Shown: positions 36,451 to 49,733 of the stretch, piece by piece
Position numbering within the stretch: position 1 is the first letter of the stretch
Layout of the letters: the number at the start of each line of letters is the position of its first letter
Assembly: GCF_039654945.1 (NCBI RefSeq)
Contig: NW_027361679.1
Location: forward strand, 101,742,001-101,806,000
DNA: 64,000 bases
Reading direction: 5' to 3'
Source of the DNA: Dendrobates tinctorius
Lineage: Eukaryota
Program-made: the position numbers and the translations under genes
Notes under the pieces: generated by a model
The model's database searches: none
The model's input: the letters and a program-made list of their open reading frames with translations, nothing else
Told to the model about the DNA's origin: nothing

Positions 36451-37079
36451 CAGAGAGAGAGAGAGATTTCGCAGCCGGGATATAGGGTTAAATCACCCGG
36501 ATAAGCGCAAAATGCGGATCCGCGCATGAAAAAAACGTTTCATGCTCCGTCCTGTCGGCTTAACGGACGGCAAAATCTTGGCAGATCCATACAATAGCGG
36601 ATCGAACAGATGACCATCTGTCAAGATCCGCCAATAATGCAAGTCTATGAGGAAAAAAACGGATCCGCCAAGAAAAATGGCGGATCCGTTTTTTTTGCAA
36701 ATCGGCGGATCTTGACTGATGGTGACAAACGGATGTGTGAAACAGGCCTAAGCTGACCGCCGGAAATGACTGCTGACCTCATTTCCTGGCGGTCAGCTTA
36801 TAGCATGTCACCTCAGGAGGAGGTAATCGTTCGGGACTCCGCAGGAGGACAGCGAAGTGGCGGCGGGGCATCAGCGCTCCATTTTTTTTCTGTTTATAAT
36901 TATTGTTTATGAAACAGTGTGATCAGCAGTGCTAAATGGGTGCGGTTGGGGCGTGGATATGGGCATGACTACTAAAATGGGCGTGGCTAGGGCGTGGCCT
37001 AAAATTTCTCCCTCTTTGCCTTCTTCAAAAGTTGGGAGCTATGGCTTTGAGCTGGGCATAATGTATTGGTCCCTACAAC

Positions 37080-38206
37080 GTTTCACTCACCAACATCCAC
37101 TACTGCTTGTTTCTGGAAAACACCCATGGAGTCAAAGTCATCACTACACCTGTAAATAAATTCCCTAAGTCTCTCGCATGAAAATCTGGCACTGCCGCCG
37201 ACACTGGGACCGGAGCGTGCGGCTGCATAGAAATACATGTAGCCGCATGCTCCAGTCAGCGTGCCGGTGGCAGTGCCAGGTTTTGATGGGAGAGACTCGC
37301 ACGAGAATTGTGCGAGTCTCTTGCAAGTGAGTATGAGCCCATAGGGGTATAATTTCCAAAATGGGGTCACTTGATGGGGAATTCTGCTTTTCTGGCACTT
37401 ATGTATATGGAGTCTGCAAACTATTCTAGGAAAATCTACGCTCCAGTAGGTAAATAGTGCTCCGTTCCTCCCGAGTCTCTCTGTGTGGCTAAGCAGTACT
37501 GTACAGCCATATATAGGACAAATTTTGGTGCCATTTTTACCCATTTCCCAGTATGAAAATATAAAATTTGGGGATAACACACAATCATGTTCGTAAAAAT
37601 GTTAATTATTTTTTGTTCACTGCTCAATGGTATAAAGTTCTGTGACACACCTGTGGTGTCATTATGATCACTGCACCCCTAGGTGAACTCATCGACAGGT
37701 GTAGTTTGTAAAATGGGGTTAGGCCGGTTTCACATTTGCGCTTTATGGCGCAGCGGCGGCCTGCGCACGGCCGCCGCTAAGCCCCGCCCCCTGCCGGCTC
37801 CCTGCCCGCCCATTCCGGTCATCGCCGCCTTCTAGTGCACATGGACACTTGCGATCTGTGCACCCTATCTTTAGCATAGGGTGCGCAGATCGTGCGCTGG
37901 CCATGCGCTAGCAGGGTTTTGCCATGCGCTGCGCACTTTTGAAGGTGCGCCGTGCGCGCCGAAAAGCAACATGCTGCGTTCGGCACACACGGGCGCACCT
38001 TCAAAAGTGCGCAGCGCACGGCAAAATCCTGCTAGCGCACGGCCAGCGCACGATCATAAAGTACAATGTCACGAAAAAACACAAACTCGGGATCTGACGG
38101 ATCCATTGAAGTGTTCTAGAGTTATGACCATATAAAGTGACAGTTGTCAGAATTGAAAAAAATTGGCCTGGTCAGGAAGGTGGGAACCCAGGGATGAAGG
38201 GGTTAA
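37080..38206. mobile_element. Fragments of an AT-rich non-autonomous piggyBac-like element with nested MITEs
   Basis: Ends GGGATGAAGGGG-TTAA at ~38191-38206. Nested palindromic MITE pieces at 37170-37340 and 37721-38055. Similar AT-rich sequence at 10200-10560, 12345-12630 and 25610-25940. Confidence 0.5.
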
Positions 38207-38678
38207 GTCCCAGGTTCACATACGCTTTTGTCTGTCAAACAAATTTCTATATACTAATACAATGACAGGCTTAAAAAATAAAAAAAATGTATTGCCCTGT
38301 GGAATGCAAGTGAATATGATACTTTTTTTTTTACTCTGTTGCACATATGAAATAAAATTGCGACATTTTTTGCAAGTTTTCTCCATAGCATTTGTTTATA
38401 TAAATGTGTCAGCCACAGTGTACTTGCCCACTAGGCCGGAAAAAAGAACTATACGTTGAAAACGCTCTGCCTTGTGGAATGCAAGAGAATATTATCCCTT
38501 ATCCTTTTTATTCTGTTGCAGGATTGAAAAAAAAATGCTACTTTTATTACAAGTTTTCCTGGTGGCGTTTGTATACCTATATAAATTTGTTTGACTGCTG
38601 GACTTTTATCTCATACAAAACACTATATAGCGGCACTATGGAATTAAAAGCCAGATTTACTTGGCAGTCACCTGCTAA

Positions 38679-38859
38679 GGGCTCATACTCACTTGCGAGA
38701 GACTCGCATGAAAACCCGGCACTGCAGGCGGCACTCGGAGCGGAGCGTGCAGCTACATGTATTTCTATGCAGCCGCACGCTCCGGTCCCAGTGCCGGCGG
38801 CTGTGCCAGGTTTTCATGCGCGAGAATCGTGCGAGTCTCTCGCAAGTGAGTATGAGCCA
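38679..38859. mobile_element. PIF/Harbinger-type MITE
   Basis: TIR GGGCTCATACTCACTTGCGAGA / TCTCGCAAGTGAGTATGAGCC, flanked by TAA/TGA. Relatives at 37170-37340 and 63888-64000. Confidence 0.8.
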
Positions 38860-39402
38860 TGACTACTGCATTTCACCCAGTATGTGGTCCCAGCACCCAG
38901 GTGGGGGTATCCTGTTCAAATTTTATTTTGCCTTTACACCGCTGTAAATGCGTTACACCCCCCCTTGTTTCCAGCACTAGTGTGTGCAAAGAGGGAATTA
39001 GCGCGGATGACAACGTTCAGACATCTACACGACACATGGCCAAACGTGTCAACCTAAGAATAGCCCCAAGTCTAGGAAAGGGCTCCAATGGTGGGGGAAG
39101 GGAGACCCACAAATAGAGAGACAGGCAAGACGTGGAGAACGACACGAAGGGGAATGTGACACATGAGGCAGATTTCAGTAGCCCATGAGACAGGTGACAC
39201 CAGTAGTAAGAGGCAGCAGGTTCTACAGTATATGAAAGAGAATAGAAGAGTGTAAGGCTGCATTCACACATCAGTTTCCATTTTTTCATTTGTGTCTCAT
39301 CTGTTTGGCATCTCAGATGCATCAGTTTTTTTTTCTCATCCATTTTTATAACTGAAGGGGCTGTCTAAACTTTTTATCCATTGACTCTTTGCAATGGATC
39401 TT

Positions 39403-40018
39403 GTGTATAATGTCATTGATCACTGTATTACCTGCACACAGACACTGCATACTAAGTACAAATCTCCAGCGTATAATGGCACTTATGTTGATAGTATCGT
39501 GTTTTTTTTCTATTACTGATCAGTATTGTAGTATTCTGTCACTGTGGTGGTAATATGTGGTCTGGTCATGGTCTGGCGGTATTTGTTCTTTGTGTGTGGT
39601 ATTATAGGTCACTATGTGGTCTGGACATGGTGCGGTGGTATTTTTCCCTTGTATGTGATATTATTGGTCATTTTAAAAATTGAAAAATAGAAAAAAACCT
39701 AAATTGTATCACATATTTTAACAAATATTTAATAGGTTACAGTAGAATAGAGCTCGGCCAAAAGAGTCTACTCTGTTATGGTGGCGGCTTAAAAAATCTT
39801 TTGGCCAAAACAAAAGCTGACGGCTATATGTGTGATCTGGTGATGGGAACTGTTAATGTGTGATTGGTGAGAAGTGGAGTTTTTCCAAGAAAGAGCGGTG
39901 GGACTTTGGACAGTTCGAGGGGTGGAGGCGGGGCTGGGGTGGTGCCTGGGCGGAGTCTCAAGGGGGCCCTGAAAATTTTACCAGTATGGGGCCCCCGAAA
40001 TTCCTAGTGGCAGCCCTG
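39403..40018 (-). mobile_element. Truncated inverted copy of the hAT element at 46569-49733
   Basis: Reverse complement of ~46569-47250; ends CCTAGTGGCAGCCCTG. Confidence 0.88.
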
Positions 40019-40344
40019 GCCATCCTACTTAGAGCGCTGTTGTGTTCAGGATGTGTCTCAGTGCGGCGATAGGCAAAATGACGATATTTGGCATTGTGCT
40101 ATTCAAGAGGGGATGTGATCAGTGTTGGTCCGTGCTCACAGATAATAAATTCACAGAATTCAATTCCGGGGGTTCTGTAATAGAGATTCAGAATGTTAGT
40201 TTCATATAGGTTACAGCTATGTCACAATTTATTCTCACAATTTATTCTCACAGAGCCCGGCTACAAAGCGCACAAAAAAGCAGTCACAGAGCTCTGCCCC
40301 AAGGACATGGGGTCAGAGTCCCTCTAGACCTCCTGAGCGTGCGG

Positions 40345-40998
40345 TGTCACACCTGCAGACGCCACTATAGATGCTGACTATGGAGTGTCGATGACGTGCA
40401 CCGTGGCATGCCGAGCCACATGTGGACACTGATGCCAGTCTCAGACTCTGCCTCTACCTACACCTAAGCCTGGGCGCTTAACAGGCTAGGCTGCACAACA
40501 CATGCGTACCAAGGGTAGGGGTTTCTTAATGAGTCATTCATCAGAGACATTCATACATGCATACTACACTCACTCCTCATAGTCTGATAATGCAGTCTAT
40601 ACTAGCGCATGGCCGAGCGGCCATGCGATCCTTTTATAGCCGCGTCCTTCCGGGACCTTCCTGACATTTCTGATGGTCCAATCCGAGCTGGAGAAGGACC
40701 TGAGCATGTGACCTCCGATCTCTAATGAGAGATCGTCCCACGGGCATGCTCAGTGGACTGAAAGGAGGACTTAGTCCCTGGAGTAGCTCGCTGCTGACCA
40801 GCATGCATTGCTATAGCTGGACCACAGGTGGCAGCACCAACCAAACCCACAGAGCTGGTTTGAGCAGAGCGCCGGGATCGACGAGTCTGCTGATCAGGCT
40901 CCTCTGCGGCCGAAGAGGAATGGGAGACAGCCGGATGCAAGGCTCGGGATTTCTGCTGTGCAGCGACTGGAACCTGATGCCTAACACTTCCCCCTTTA
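40345..40998 (-). mobile_element. 3' LTR with adjacent PPT of a second LTR retrotransposon family
   Basis: Minus strand AAAGGGGGAAG followed by TGTTAGG...GTGTGACA; TATAAAAGG on minus strand at ~40630-40638. Confidence 0.65.
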
Positions 40999-41751
40999 GA
41001 TAGCTCGTATTATCCCTTTAACACCACCTGTACACGTATATAGAATTGCATTATGAACGTCATCTGTTATGGCAGTGTAGACAAACAACCCACATATACA
41101 TACTCCCGAGACCGTTCATTCACCTATCCACTCATCCCAATTCCATCCAAGGCGTCCACAGTTTGTCATACATCACCATTTCATACATACATACATTTCT
41201 TGAGAGAAAGGAGAGCCTAGAATCCAAATCCATTTCAACCGTATATTGTATTTATTTATCAAAAAAGACACACATTGGAGATACAGGAAAATAGCAGAAC
41301 CAATAAAATGGGTAGTCACATGAGGCCCGATACTAGAAAGACAAGCAGACAGCCTATAATGGGCATGTATAGCCAAAAGACAGATACCACAGGTTTGCAA
41401 TATAATCACAATGATAATGATAAGATGGCATAGAGAATAGTCACTGAACCAGCCACAGAACAAATGGTTAATCTATTGTGCAAGAGTCGCTGTCAAACAG
41501 CAACACCCAGGGCAATGTTGTGTATTGTGTAATACTCAGATAGAAATGACAGTGCCAATTACTGGTAAACTGGGTGTAGGTCAGCCAGTATGTCCTAAGA
41601 CTAAATATGTGAGAAACTCAAACATGCGCCATATCAATGTGTCATAAATCATGTAGTAAACAATCCTGTGGAAAACGTCAGAAAAAAGCTCAAATGAGCT
41701 GGTTAAACATACCCATCATGTCCCAGTGTGTAGTAGGCGTCAGCTTGTGTG

Positions 41752-41796
41752 CCCCTACGCGCGTTTCACGGTATGGGAGACCGCTTCCTCGGGGGG
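41752..41796 (-). ncRNA. Degenerate minimal hammerhead ribozyme in the Penelope 3' region
   Basis: Minus strand CCC CCGAGGA AGCGGT-CTCCCAT-ACCGT GAAA CGCGCG TA GGGG; core CUGANGA appears as CCGAGGA. Confidence 0.65.
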
Positions 41797-42718
41797 CGTG
41801 GCTATGACTGTGAGCATCCCAGGTTAAATGCCTGGCTGGGAACAGTCATCTGATCATTGTGAGCCAATCAATGGGGAGACTGTCGCACATGCGCGGTACC
41901 AGTGGGGCTGCCTTCCGATGAGCTGACATCATCACGTGACAGTCAGCAACAAACCGCTGCCTAGGTTACAGCCAAGACAAGCGGTGTTTTGTTCCTGGTA
42001 AGCAGACGCCACGTGTGAGCGGCCGGCGCTAGACCGCTACACAAGCAGCGTCTGTCCCATCTAATACACGTCTGTATGACGCACAGCGTACGTGAGTCCC
42101 CCCATGGAAAGGTCACAAAAACATCAGATGATCTGACCCTATAAAAATAGAAATAAAAATAAAGAAAAATAAGGAAAATTAAACAAAAATGATGAGAAAA
42201 GGGAAGATTGTTAACTGAAAAAGGTGGGAGTGAATATTATACTAGTTAACTGTGCGTGTGTTATACGCGAATAGCATATGCGTTGGACAAAGAGATAACC
42301 CATCTATTGATGCAAGCAGTGAACTGTCAAACAGAGCAAAAAATTATTATTATAAGCAGCAGACAAGATGCAACCACAAGTGTATGTTCGTCCATTTGCG
42401 TCAGGTCCTCTATTTGCGCATTTTCTGCCGGTAACATGTCAGCCATAAAATCATATGCTGCTTGCAAGTTCCATGATGATTTTATCACGTAGGTCCCATA
42501 TCACGTGCTACTTGCGTCACAGTTTAATTCTCCACTCCAGAACGTCAGGGCGAAAAGGTGCATAATCTATAGCCAGACAGATAACGGTTAAAAAATGAGA
42601 TTAAGTACGGAGTCCAAAAAAACACGTACTCTAAAAACATCAAATAATTAAAAGAAGGGAGAGGAGGAGAGACACCTATTTAGGGATGGCAGGCAGAAAT
42701 AAATCAATATTTTATAAA

Positions 42719-44053
42719 TCATAAAAAAGGCGCAAAACTGAGTGATTCGTTTAACCCATGTGGTGTCATGGTCCCAAGTACCATGATCCATCTGCATTCC
42801 TTCTGTGCGAGAAGGCGTTTGATGTCGCCGCCTCTAATACCACTATTTACATGCTGAATGCCTCTCACCGAAAAGGATTTGGGATCACTATTATGCATTA
42901 ATTTATAATGTTTGGGTATGGTTTTTAACTGTGTAAGATCCGTTATCGTCTTTGATGCAAGAATGTCGCGGACATGTTCGCAAACGCGTAATTTTAGTTG
43001 GCGACTCGTGAGACCTACATAAACTTTAGGACACCCACACGTAGCATAATAGATGACCTGAGCGGTGTTACAAGTTATATGTTGTCTAATTGAATAGGTT
43101 CTTGTTCCATCAACAGATTGAAATGATGATGTCCGTACGACATTCTTGCATGCGACGCAATTACCACAAGGGTAACATCCCAAAGGAGGGCCACGAGAGT
43201 CAAAAGGATTCCTGATATGTGGGACATAATGCGAACGTACCAACATATCCCCTAAATTGGGGCTTCTGCGGTATGTCATAAGTGGATACTCAGAGACTAT
43301 ATTCGTCAATGAGGACTCCGTCTTCAATATGTTCCAGTGTTTTGTGAGTATGTCCCTCATTTGGTTCCATCCCCCATTAAAGGTTGAGATGAACCTGACA
43401 TTGCCCTGCTCTTGTTTTTTCTTTCTAATATTTGATTGTAAAAGAGCGGACCGGTTTGTTTTTCTTGCCCTGTCAAAACCCCTCCTGACACAGCGCCGAC
43501 TATAGCCCCGTTTGAGAAAACGATCTCTCAATTCTCCGGCTTGATCCAAAAAGGTTTCCTCTGAGGAGCAGATTCGCCTAATCCGCAAGAATTGGCCAAC
43601 AGGGACGGCCCTTACAGTTGCCCATGGGTGGCAGGATCCAGCATGGAGAAGTGAGTTGACTGAGGTGGGTTTCCTATATACATCCGTCTGCATATTAAAT
43701 GCACGGTCCACCCGTATCTTGATATCAAGGAAATCCACCTCAGAATTGCTGCAGGTATAAGTTAATTTAATGTTATAGTCGTTGTTATTAAGACTCTCCA
43801 TGAATTCTTTAAGCTGTTGGTGTGAACCCTGCCACACCATGAGCAAATCGTCAATGTAACGCAGCCAGCACTGCACATGTTCAGCGGCCTGCCCCCCCTC
43901 CCCCGCAAAGACCTCCCGCTCCCAGTATCCCAGGAAGAGGCCAGCAAAAGAGGGGGCACAGGCCGCGCCCATGGCAGTGCCGCACTGCTGCAAATAAAAC
44001 ACGTCCCTGAAAACAAAAAAATTGTGTGTAAGGACGTATTCAAGTAACTCCAA
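42719..44053 (-). CDS. Penelope RT C-half, Cys4 linker and GIY-YIG endonuclease, 444 aa open
   Basis: QQCGTAMGAACAPSFA, WLRYIDDLL, VDFLDI, YRKPT, GQFLRIRRICS, CYPCGNCVAC, VIYYATCGCPKVYVGLTSR..RVCEH, ECRWI..GLN. Confidence 0.93.
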   Translation of the reverse strand: MELLEYVLTHNFFVFRDVFYLQQCGTAMGAACAPSFAGLFLGYWEREVFAGEGGQAAEHVQCWLRYIDDLLMVWQGSHQQLKEFMESLNNNDYNIKLTYTCSNSEVDFLDIKIRVDRAFNMQTDVYRKPTSVNSLLHAGSCHPWATVRAVPVGQFLRIRRICSSEETFLDQAGELRDRFLKRGYSRRCVRRGFDRARKTNRSALLQSNIRKKKQEQGNVRFISTFNGGWNQMRDILTKHWNILKTESSLTNIVSEYPLMTYRRSPNLGDMLVRSHYVPHIRNPFDSRGPPLGCYPCGNCVACKNVVRTSSFQSVDGTRTYSIRQHITCNTAQVIYYATCGCPKVYVGLTSRQLKLRVCEHVRDILASKTITDLTQLKTIPKHYKLMHNSDPKSFSVRGIQHVNSGIRGGDIKRLLAQKECRWIMVLGTMTPHGLNESLSFAPFL

Positions 44054-44111
44054 GACTAAGTCACATGTAGGTCCATCCCAGCTGCTGCTCCTCAGAAAAA
44101 ACCTACAGGCA

Positions 44112-44716
44112 TCGCCTGATCCCGCAGCCGAAACACTTTTAAGAGACGGTCCTGGTGCTTGCTGGTCTTTCTTGGGCGCCCTGGAGCCTTTTTGGCAACA
44201 AGGGAACCTCTCTCCTTGAAGTTTTTGATGATGTGATAGATTGTTGACTGAGGTGCAATCTTTCTAGCTGCGATACTCTTCCCTGTTAGGCCATTTTTGT
44301 GCAGTGCAATGATGACTGCACGTGTTTCTTTAGAGATAACCATGGTTAACAGAAGAGAAACAATGATGCCAAGCACCAGCCTCCTTTTAAAGTGTCCAGT
44401 GGTGTCATTCTTACTTAATCATGACAGATTGATCTCCAGCCCTGTCCTCATCAACACCCACACCTGTGTTAATGGAGCAATCACTGAAATGATGTTAGCT
44501 GGTCCTTTTAAGGCAGGGCTGCAATGATGTTGAAATGTGTTTTGGGGGATAAAGTTCATTTTCTAGGCAAATATTGACTTTGCAAGTAATTGCTGTTAAG
44601 CTGATAACTCTTTATAACATTCTGGAGTATATGCAAATTGCCATTAGAAAAAATGAAGCAGTAGACTTTGTAAAAATTAATATTTGTGTCATTCTCAAAA
44701 CTTTTGGCCATGACTG
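44112..44716 (-). mobile_element. Tc1-like transposon fragment
   Basis: TIR CAGTCATGGCCAAAAGTTTTGAGAATGAC with flanking TA; MVISKETRAVIIALHKNG..GRPRKTS. Confidence 0.88.
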
Positions 44717-44935
44717 TATAGTATCTTAGGCAACAGAATCATTTTGATGAGATTGACCAGTCCATCCACCGACAAGTGTAGCTTAGTCCAGGCCCCCACC
44801 TTCGCCTTAAGAACCCCCAGTACAGGAGTCAGATTCTTATGTAGATAGTCTGTAACCGGCATAGAGACCCATATCCCTAAATATTTAAATTGATCTGCCA
44901 CTTTAAGTCTATCCACGCCTACGGCGTCCCTCACC
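44717..44935 (-). pseudogene. L1 ORF2 fragment
   Basis: FKYLGIWVS..NLTPVL..WTKLHLSVDGLVNLIKMILLPKILY, homologous to the matching part of the L1 at 12959-15529. Confidence 0.75.
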
Positions 44936-46568
44936 TCATCGCCTGCAAGCCTTCGGCGTCCCTCACCTCATCGCCTGCAAGCCTTCATTAGCTCCCTGGC
45001 TGTCATAAAATCAATGAGCCCTTGCTCCTCTTTAAAGTCCGCCATGCACTTTAGATAGTTGTTGGTGAAATGATGGTTCGGCCAATCGTTTGGCTGACAG
45101 CTATCCCACCCCACACTCCCATTCATATTGAACATTCCAGATCCTTATCTCTCCTGACACTAATCTGTCAGGGATCACTTTACACGTTAGACTGTTGGCC
45201 AAACTCCTCGATATCGGTGACTTCAGTCAACTGTCATCTAATGTATATCATGGCCTTCACCGTTTTGATTCTGGAGTCACTACTGACCATGGCATCTGAG
45301 GGAATAAATGGCTAGGATCAGAGTTCTCTCTCTGACCCCAGTTGTTGTGGCAGACTGTCAGCTGTAATTTACAGCTGAAAATTACTGAACATGGCCTATG
45401 CGTGTGACATCACAGTGCTGTATACACAATTGGCCATAATTGCATTATGGAAATTTATCATATTTTATGATCGTTTGAGGTCTTAGTAGGGTGATGAAAT
45501 GTTTAATTTGTATATTGAAGGGAAGTGACCTTTTAATATCTGAGACTGGTTTCTGTATTGATCCATGGAATCTTATCAGACAAAATAGTACAACATGCTG
45601 TATTATTCAGGACAACATTTTTGGCTTGATCAACAAGGCATTAAGTTTTAAGGTTTTCAAATGTGGCAGATTTCTATTATAGGGAAAAAATTAGCAACCC
45701 AATCCGACTGTGTAACCATGTCCAGTACATCTCCACTCAGCCAGTGGATTCTGTGAAGAATATGAGAGGTCGGATTAAAGTGGTTATTGTCACACAGGTT
45801 ATCGTAGGTTCATGTTTTTACAGTGCTCTCCACTGAGTACCGTGTTGACTTTGTGCTCTTTTGTGCCTAAAAAGGTGGGAAACTGATGGAACAAAGGCCA
45901 AACAGATACATTGTAATTATTAACATAGGACATTGTATTTCTTATTGTACACTTTTCCAATTGTTGATTAAAACAGATGCCATAAGGATATAATAAAAAA
46001 CAGACGTAGGGATGGCACATGGATGACATACAAATTGAATATGGATTGGGTTTTTTTTCTGTATCTTTTCATATACTTGACTGAACCCAGAATAAGATAG
46101 AAACCCCAATTAAGAGCTCAGAGTAGAGCACAGGATATACACAATATGAACCTAGTCTAATGTTGCAGTGGACATATAGTTAGGAATTGCTACACCACCA
46201 AAGAAAATATAGCCACAAAGCTATCATATGAATAAAATAGATAATCATAGTGAACTTAAGGATCATCATATGTAGATCTGATTCTTACCCATAATATGCA
46301 AAGTAAAAGTGCATCATATGGTCGCCACCAAACCAATGCAAATTTCGCTTGTCAAGGGGTTGAATAAATACAGTAACTGCTGTTGGGTTCATTAGATGCT
46401 CCATCCCCGTTGAGGTTACACACGTCACCTTGCCCCAATTCCAGGTGTCAACCAGGATAATGCATGCACAAATAGCATCATTACAATGTGGAAACGCAGA
46501 GATGGGAATAAGACCTTGTTTGAGGATGGGTCAGGCAGGTGCCGCATCGCAGAGACAAACACCATAGG

Positions 46569-49500
46569 CAGGGCTGCCACTAGGAATTTTGAGGCTCCAT
46601 ACTGGTAAAATTTTCGGGGCCCCCTTGAGACTCCGCCCAGGCTCCACCCCAGCCCCGCCTCCACCCCTCGAACTGTCCAAAGTCCCACCGCTCTGTCTTG
46701 GAAAAACTCCACTTCTCACCAATCACACATTAACAGTTCCCATCACCAGATCACACATATAGCTGGCAGCTTTTGTTTTGGCCAAAAGATTTTTTTAAGC
46801 CGCCACCATAACAGGGTAGACTCTTTTGGCCGAGCTCTATTCTACTGTAACCTATTAAATATTTGTAAAAATATGTGATACAATTTAGGTTTTTTTCTAG
46901 TTTTCAATTTTTAAAATGACCAATAATATCACATACAAGGGAAAAATACCACCGCACCATGTCCAGACCACATAGTGACCTATAATACCACACACAAGGA
47001 ACAAATACGGCCAGACCATGACCAGACCCCATATTACCACCACAGTGACCGAATAATATCACATACAAGGAACAGCACCGCACCATGACCAGACCACATA
47101 TTACCACCACAGTGACTGAATACTACAATACTGATCAGTAATAAATAAAAACACGATACTATCACCATAAGTGCCATTATACACTGCAGATCTGTACTTA
47201 GTATGCAGTGTCTGTGTACAGGTAATACAGTGATCAATGACATTATACACAAGGCCTCTATACAGTGTATAGTGTCGGTGTATAGGTGACACACTAACTC
47301 ACCAGTGAGGTCTCTAGGTGAAGTCCTTCATCTTTGCTTTTCATCTTTCATCCAGGACAGACCGCCATCACATCTTCCATCCAGGGCTTGTCTCTGCAGG
47401 AAATAACAGTTACCTAGAGCTCCGCTTGCAGAACATATTACTTAATTTTCCCAACTTCTACATTACATCACATGAAGAAAAAAAGGCAACATAGTGTCAC
47501 TCTACACAGTAACAGGACCGCCCTCCCCCCATTTAAAACAGTATACTCAAAAAATAAAATAAATACATCACTGCAGTAATAATATCCCTTAATTAGACCC
47601 TGTGGTAATAATATCCCCCATCCTAGCACCCGTGTGTCTCATTCCTGGCTTCAGCCATCCGTTCTCCCATCCCGCCCTCATAAGTATCCATTCTGCCCCA
47701 TATGATCTCCCCATCCTGCCCCATCTGTCTCCACCGTATCCATCCTGCCCCATGATCCTGCACTATCTGTCTCCAATCCTGCCCCCAGTGTCTCCAGTCA
47801 TGCCCCCATGTCTTTGATCCTGCCCCCTGTGTCTCCAATCATGCCCCGTATCTCATTCTGCCCCTTCCTGTGTCTCACTGTCATATTCTGCTCTCGTGCC
47901 TCACATTCTGCCCCTTCCTGTATCTCACTGTCACATTCTGCCCCCGTGCCTCACATTCTGCCCCTTCCTGTGTCTCACTGTCACATTCTGCCCCCGTGTC
48001 CATTCAGCCCCCTCCTGTGTCTCACTGTCACATTCTTCCCCTATCGTGTCCAGCATTCTGCCCCCATCGTCTCCAGCAATCTGCCCCATCGTGCCCAGCA
48101 ATCTGCCCCATCGTGTCCAGCATTCTGCCCCCATCGTGTCCAGCATTCTGCCCCATCGTGTCCAGCATTCTGCCCCATCATGTCCAGCATTCTGCCCCAT
48201 CGTGTCCAGCATTCTGCCCCATCGTGTCCAGCAATCTGCCCCATCGTGTCCAGCATTCTGCCCTCATCGTGTCCAGCAATATGCCCCATCGTGTCCAGCA
48301 ATCTGCCCCATCGTGTCCAGCAATCTGTGCCATCGTCTCCAGCAATCTGCCCCATCGTCTCCAGCAATCTGCCCCATCGTGCCCAGCATTCTGCCCCTAT
48401 CATGACCAGCAATCTGCCCCGTCATGTCCAGCAATCTGCCCCATCATGCCCAGCATTCTGCCCCCATCGTGCCCAGCATTCTGCCCCCATCATGACCAGC
48501 AATCTGCCCCATCGTGTCCAGCAATCTGCCTCATCGTGCCCAGCATTCTGCCCCTATCATGGCCAGCAATCTGCCCCATCGTGTCCAGCATTCTGCCCTC
48601 ATCATGTCCAGCATTCTGCCCCCATCGTGTCCAGCATTCTGCCCCCATCGTGTCCAGCATTCTGCCCCCATCGTGTCCAGCAATCTGCCCCATCGTGCCC
48701 AGCATTCTGCCCCTATCATGACCAGCAATCTGCCCCATCGTGTCCAGCAATTTGCCCCATCATGCCCAGCATTCTGCCCCCATCATGACTAGCAATCTGC
48801 CCCATCGTGCCCAGCTTTCTGCCCCATCGTGAACAGCATTCTGCCCCCATCGTGTCCAGCAATCTGCCCCATCGTGTCCAGGAATCTGCCCCATCATATC
48901 CAGCAATCTGCCCCATTGTGTCCAGCAATCTGCCCCATCGTGCCCAGCATTCTGCTCCAATCATGACCAGTAATCTGCCCCATCATGTCCTGCATTCTGC
49001 CCCATCGTGTCCAGCATTCTGCCCCCATCATGACCAGCAAACTGCCCCATCGTGTCCAGCAATCTGCCCCATCGTTCCCAGCATTCTGCCCCTATCATGA
49101 CCAGCAATCTGCCCCATCGTGTCAAGCAATCTGCCCCATCGTGCCCAGCATTCTGCCCCATCATGCCCAGCATTCTGCCCCCATCATGACCAGCAATCTG
49201 CCCCATTGTGTCCAGCAATCTGCCCCATCGTGCCCAGCATTCTGCCCCATGTCCAGCAATCTGCCCCAGTGTTCATCATTCTGCCCCATGTCCAGCAATC
49301 TGCCCCAGTGTTCAGCATTCTGCCCATGTCCAGCATTCTGCCCCCATGTCTCAGTCTCCCTTGGGCCCCCCGGATTGCCGCTCTTAAAAATTTTTAAAAA
49401 TAAAAAAAAGTTCTTCTTACCTGGCCGCGGTCCAGCGGTGGGCGACGCTCGCGCTCCTTCCACACTGCAGCGCGTCCCAGCCGGTGACTGACAGTGACGT

Positions 49501-49733
49501 CAGTCACCGGCGAGGTGCGTGTTGCGGCTGACGTCAGCTGCCAGCCTCCTATTGGCTGGCGGCTGTTAACTATTGACGTGCGGGCCGGCGGGCCCGCAAG
49601 TCAACAGCGTTTAGCTGCGGCAGCGCCGAGGTCCCGGTTTACCTACCGGTAGGGGCCCGGTGACCAGAGGAGACCGGGCCCGATGCGGGCCCTATACGCC
49701 AGTCAGGGCAGTAATACCCTGATGGCGGCCCTG
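46569..49733. mobile_element. Non-autonomous hAT carrying a large minisatellite
   Basis: TIRs CAGGGCTGCCA / TGGCGGCCCTG; perfect 8-bp TSD ACCATAGG (46561-46568, 49734-49741). Confidence 0.92.
47690..49350. repeat. Minisatellite, ~23-24-bp unit CATCGTGTCCAGCAWTCTGCCCC
   Basis: Directly visible; older diverged variants at 47690-48040. Confidence 0.95.

Larger units (their letters stand above)
41040..44110 (-). mobile_element. Penelope-like element (Neptune-type), 5'-truncated
   Basis: RT plus GIY-YIG ORF followed by a long 3' region containing a hammerhead-like motif; left boundary approximate. Confidence 0.85.

Noticed and set aside
44922-44985. Exact ~32-bp tandem duplication at the end of the L1 fragment
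   Set aside because: Local slippage duplication with no further structure.
47808-49491. Cys/Pro-rich repetitive ORFs resembling keratin-associated or mucin proteins
   Set aside because: Minisatellite inside a TIR/TSD-bounded hAT element; open in all frames.
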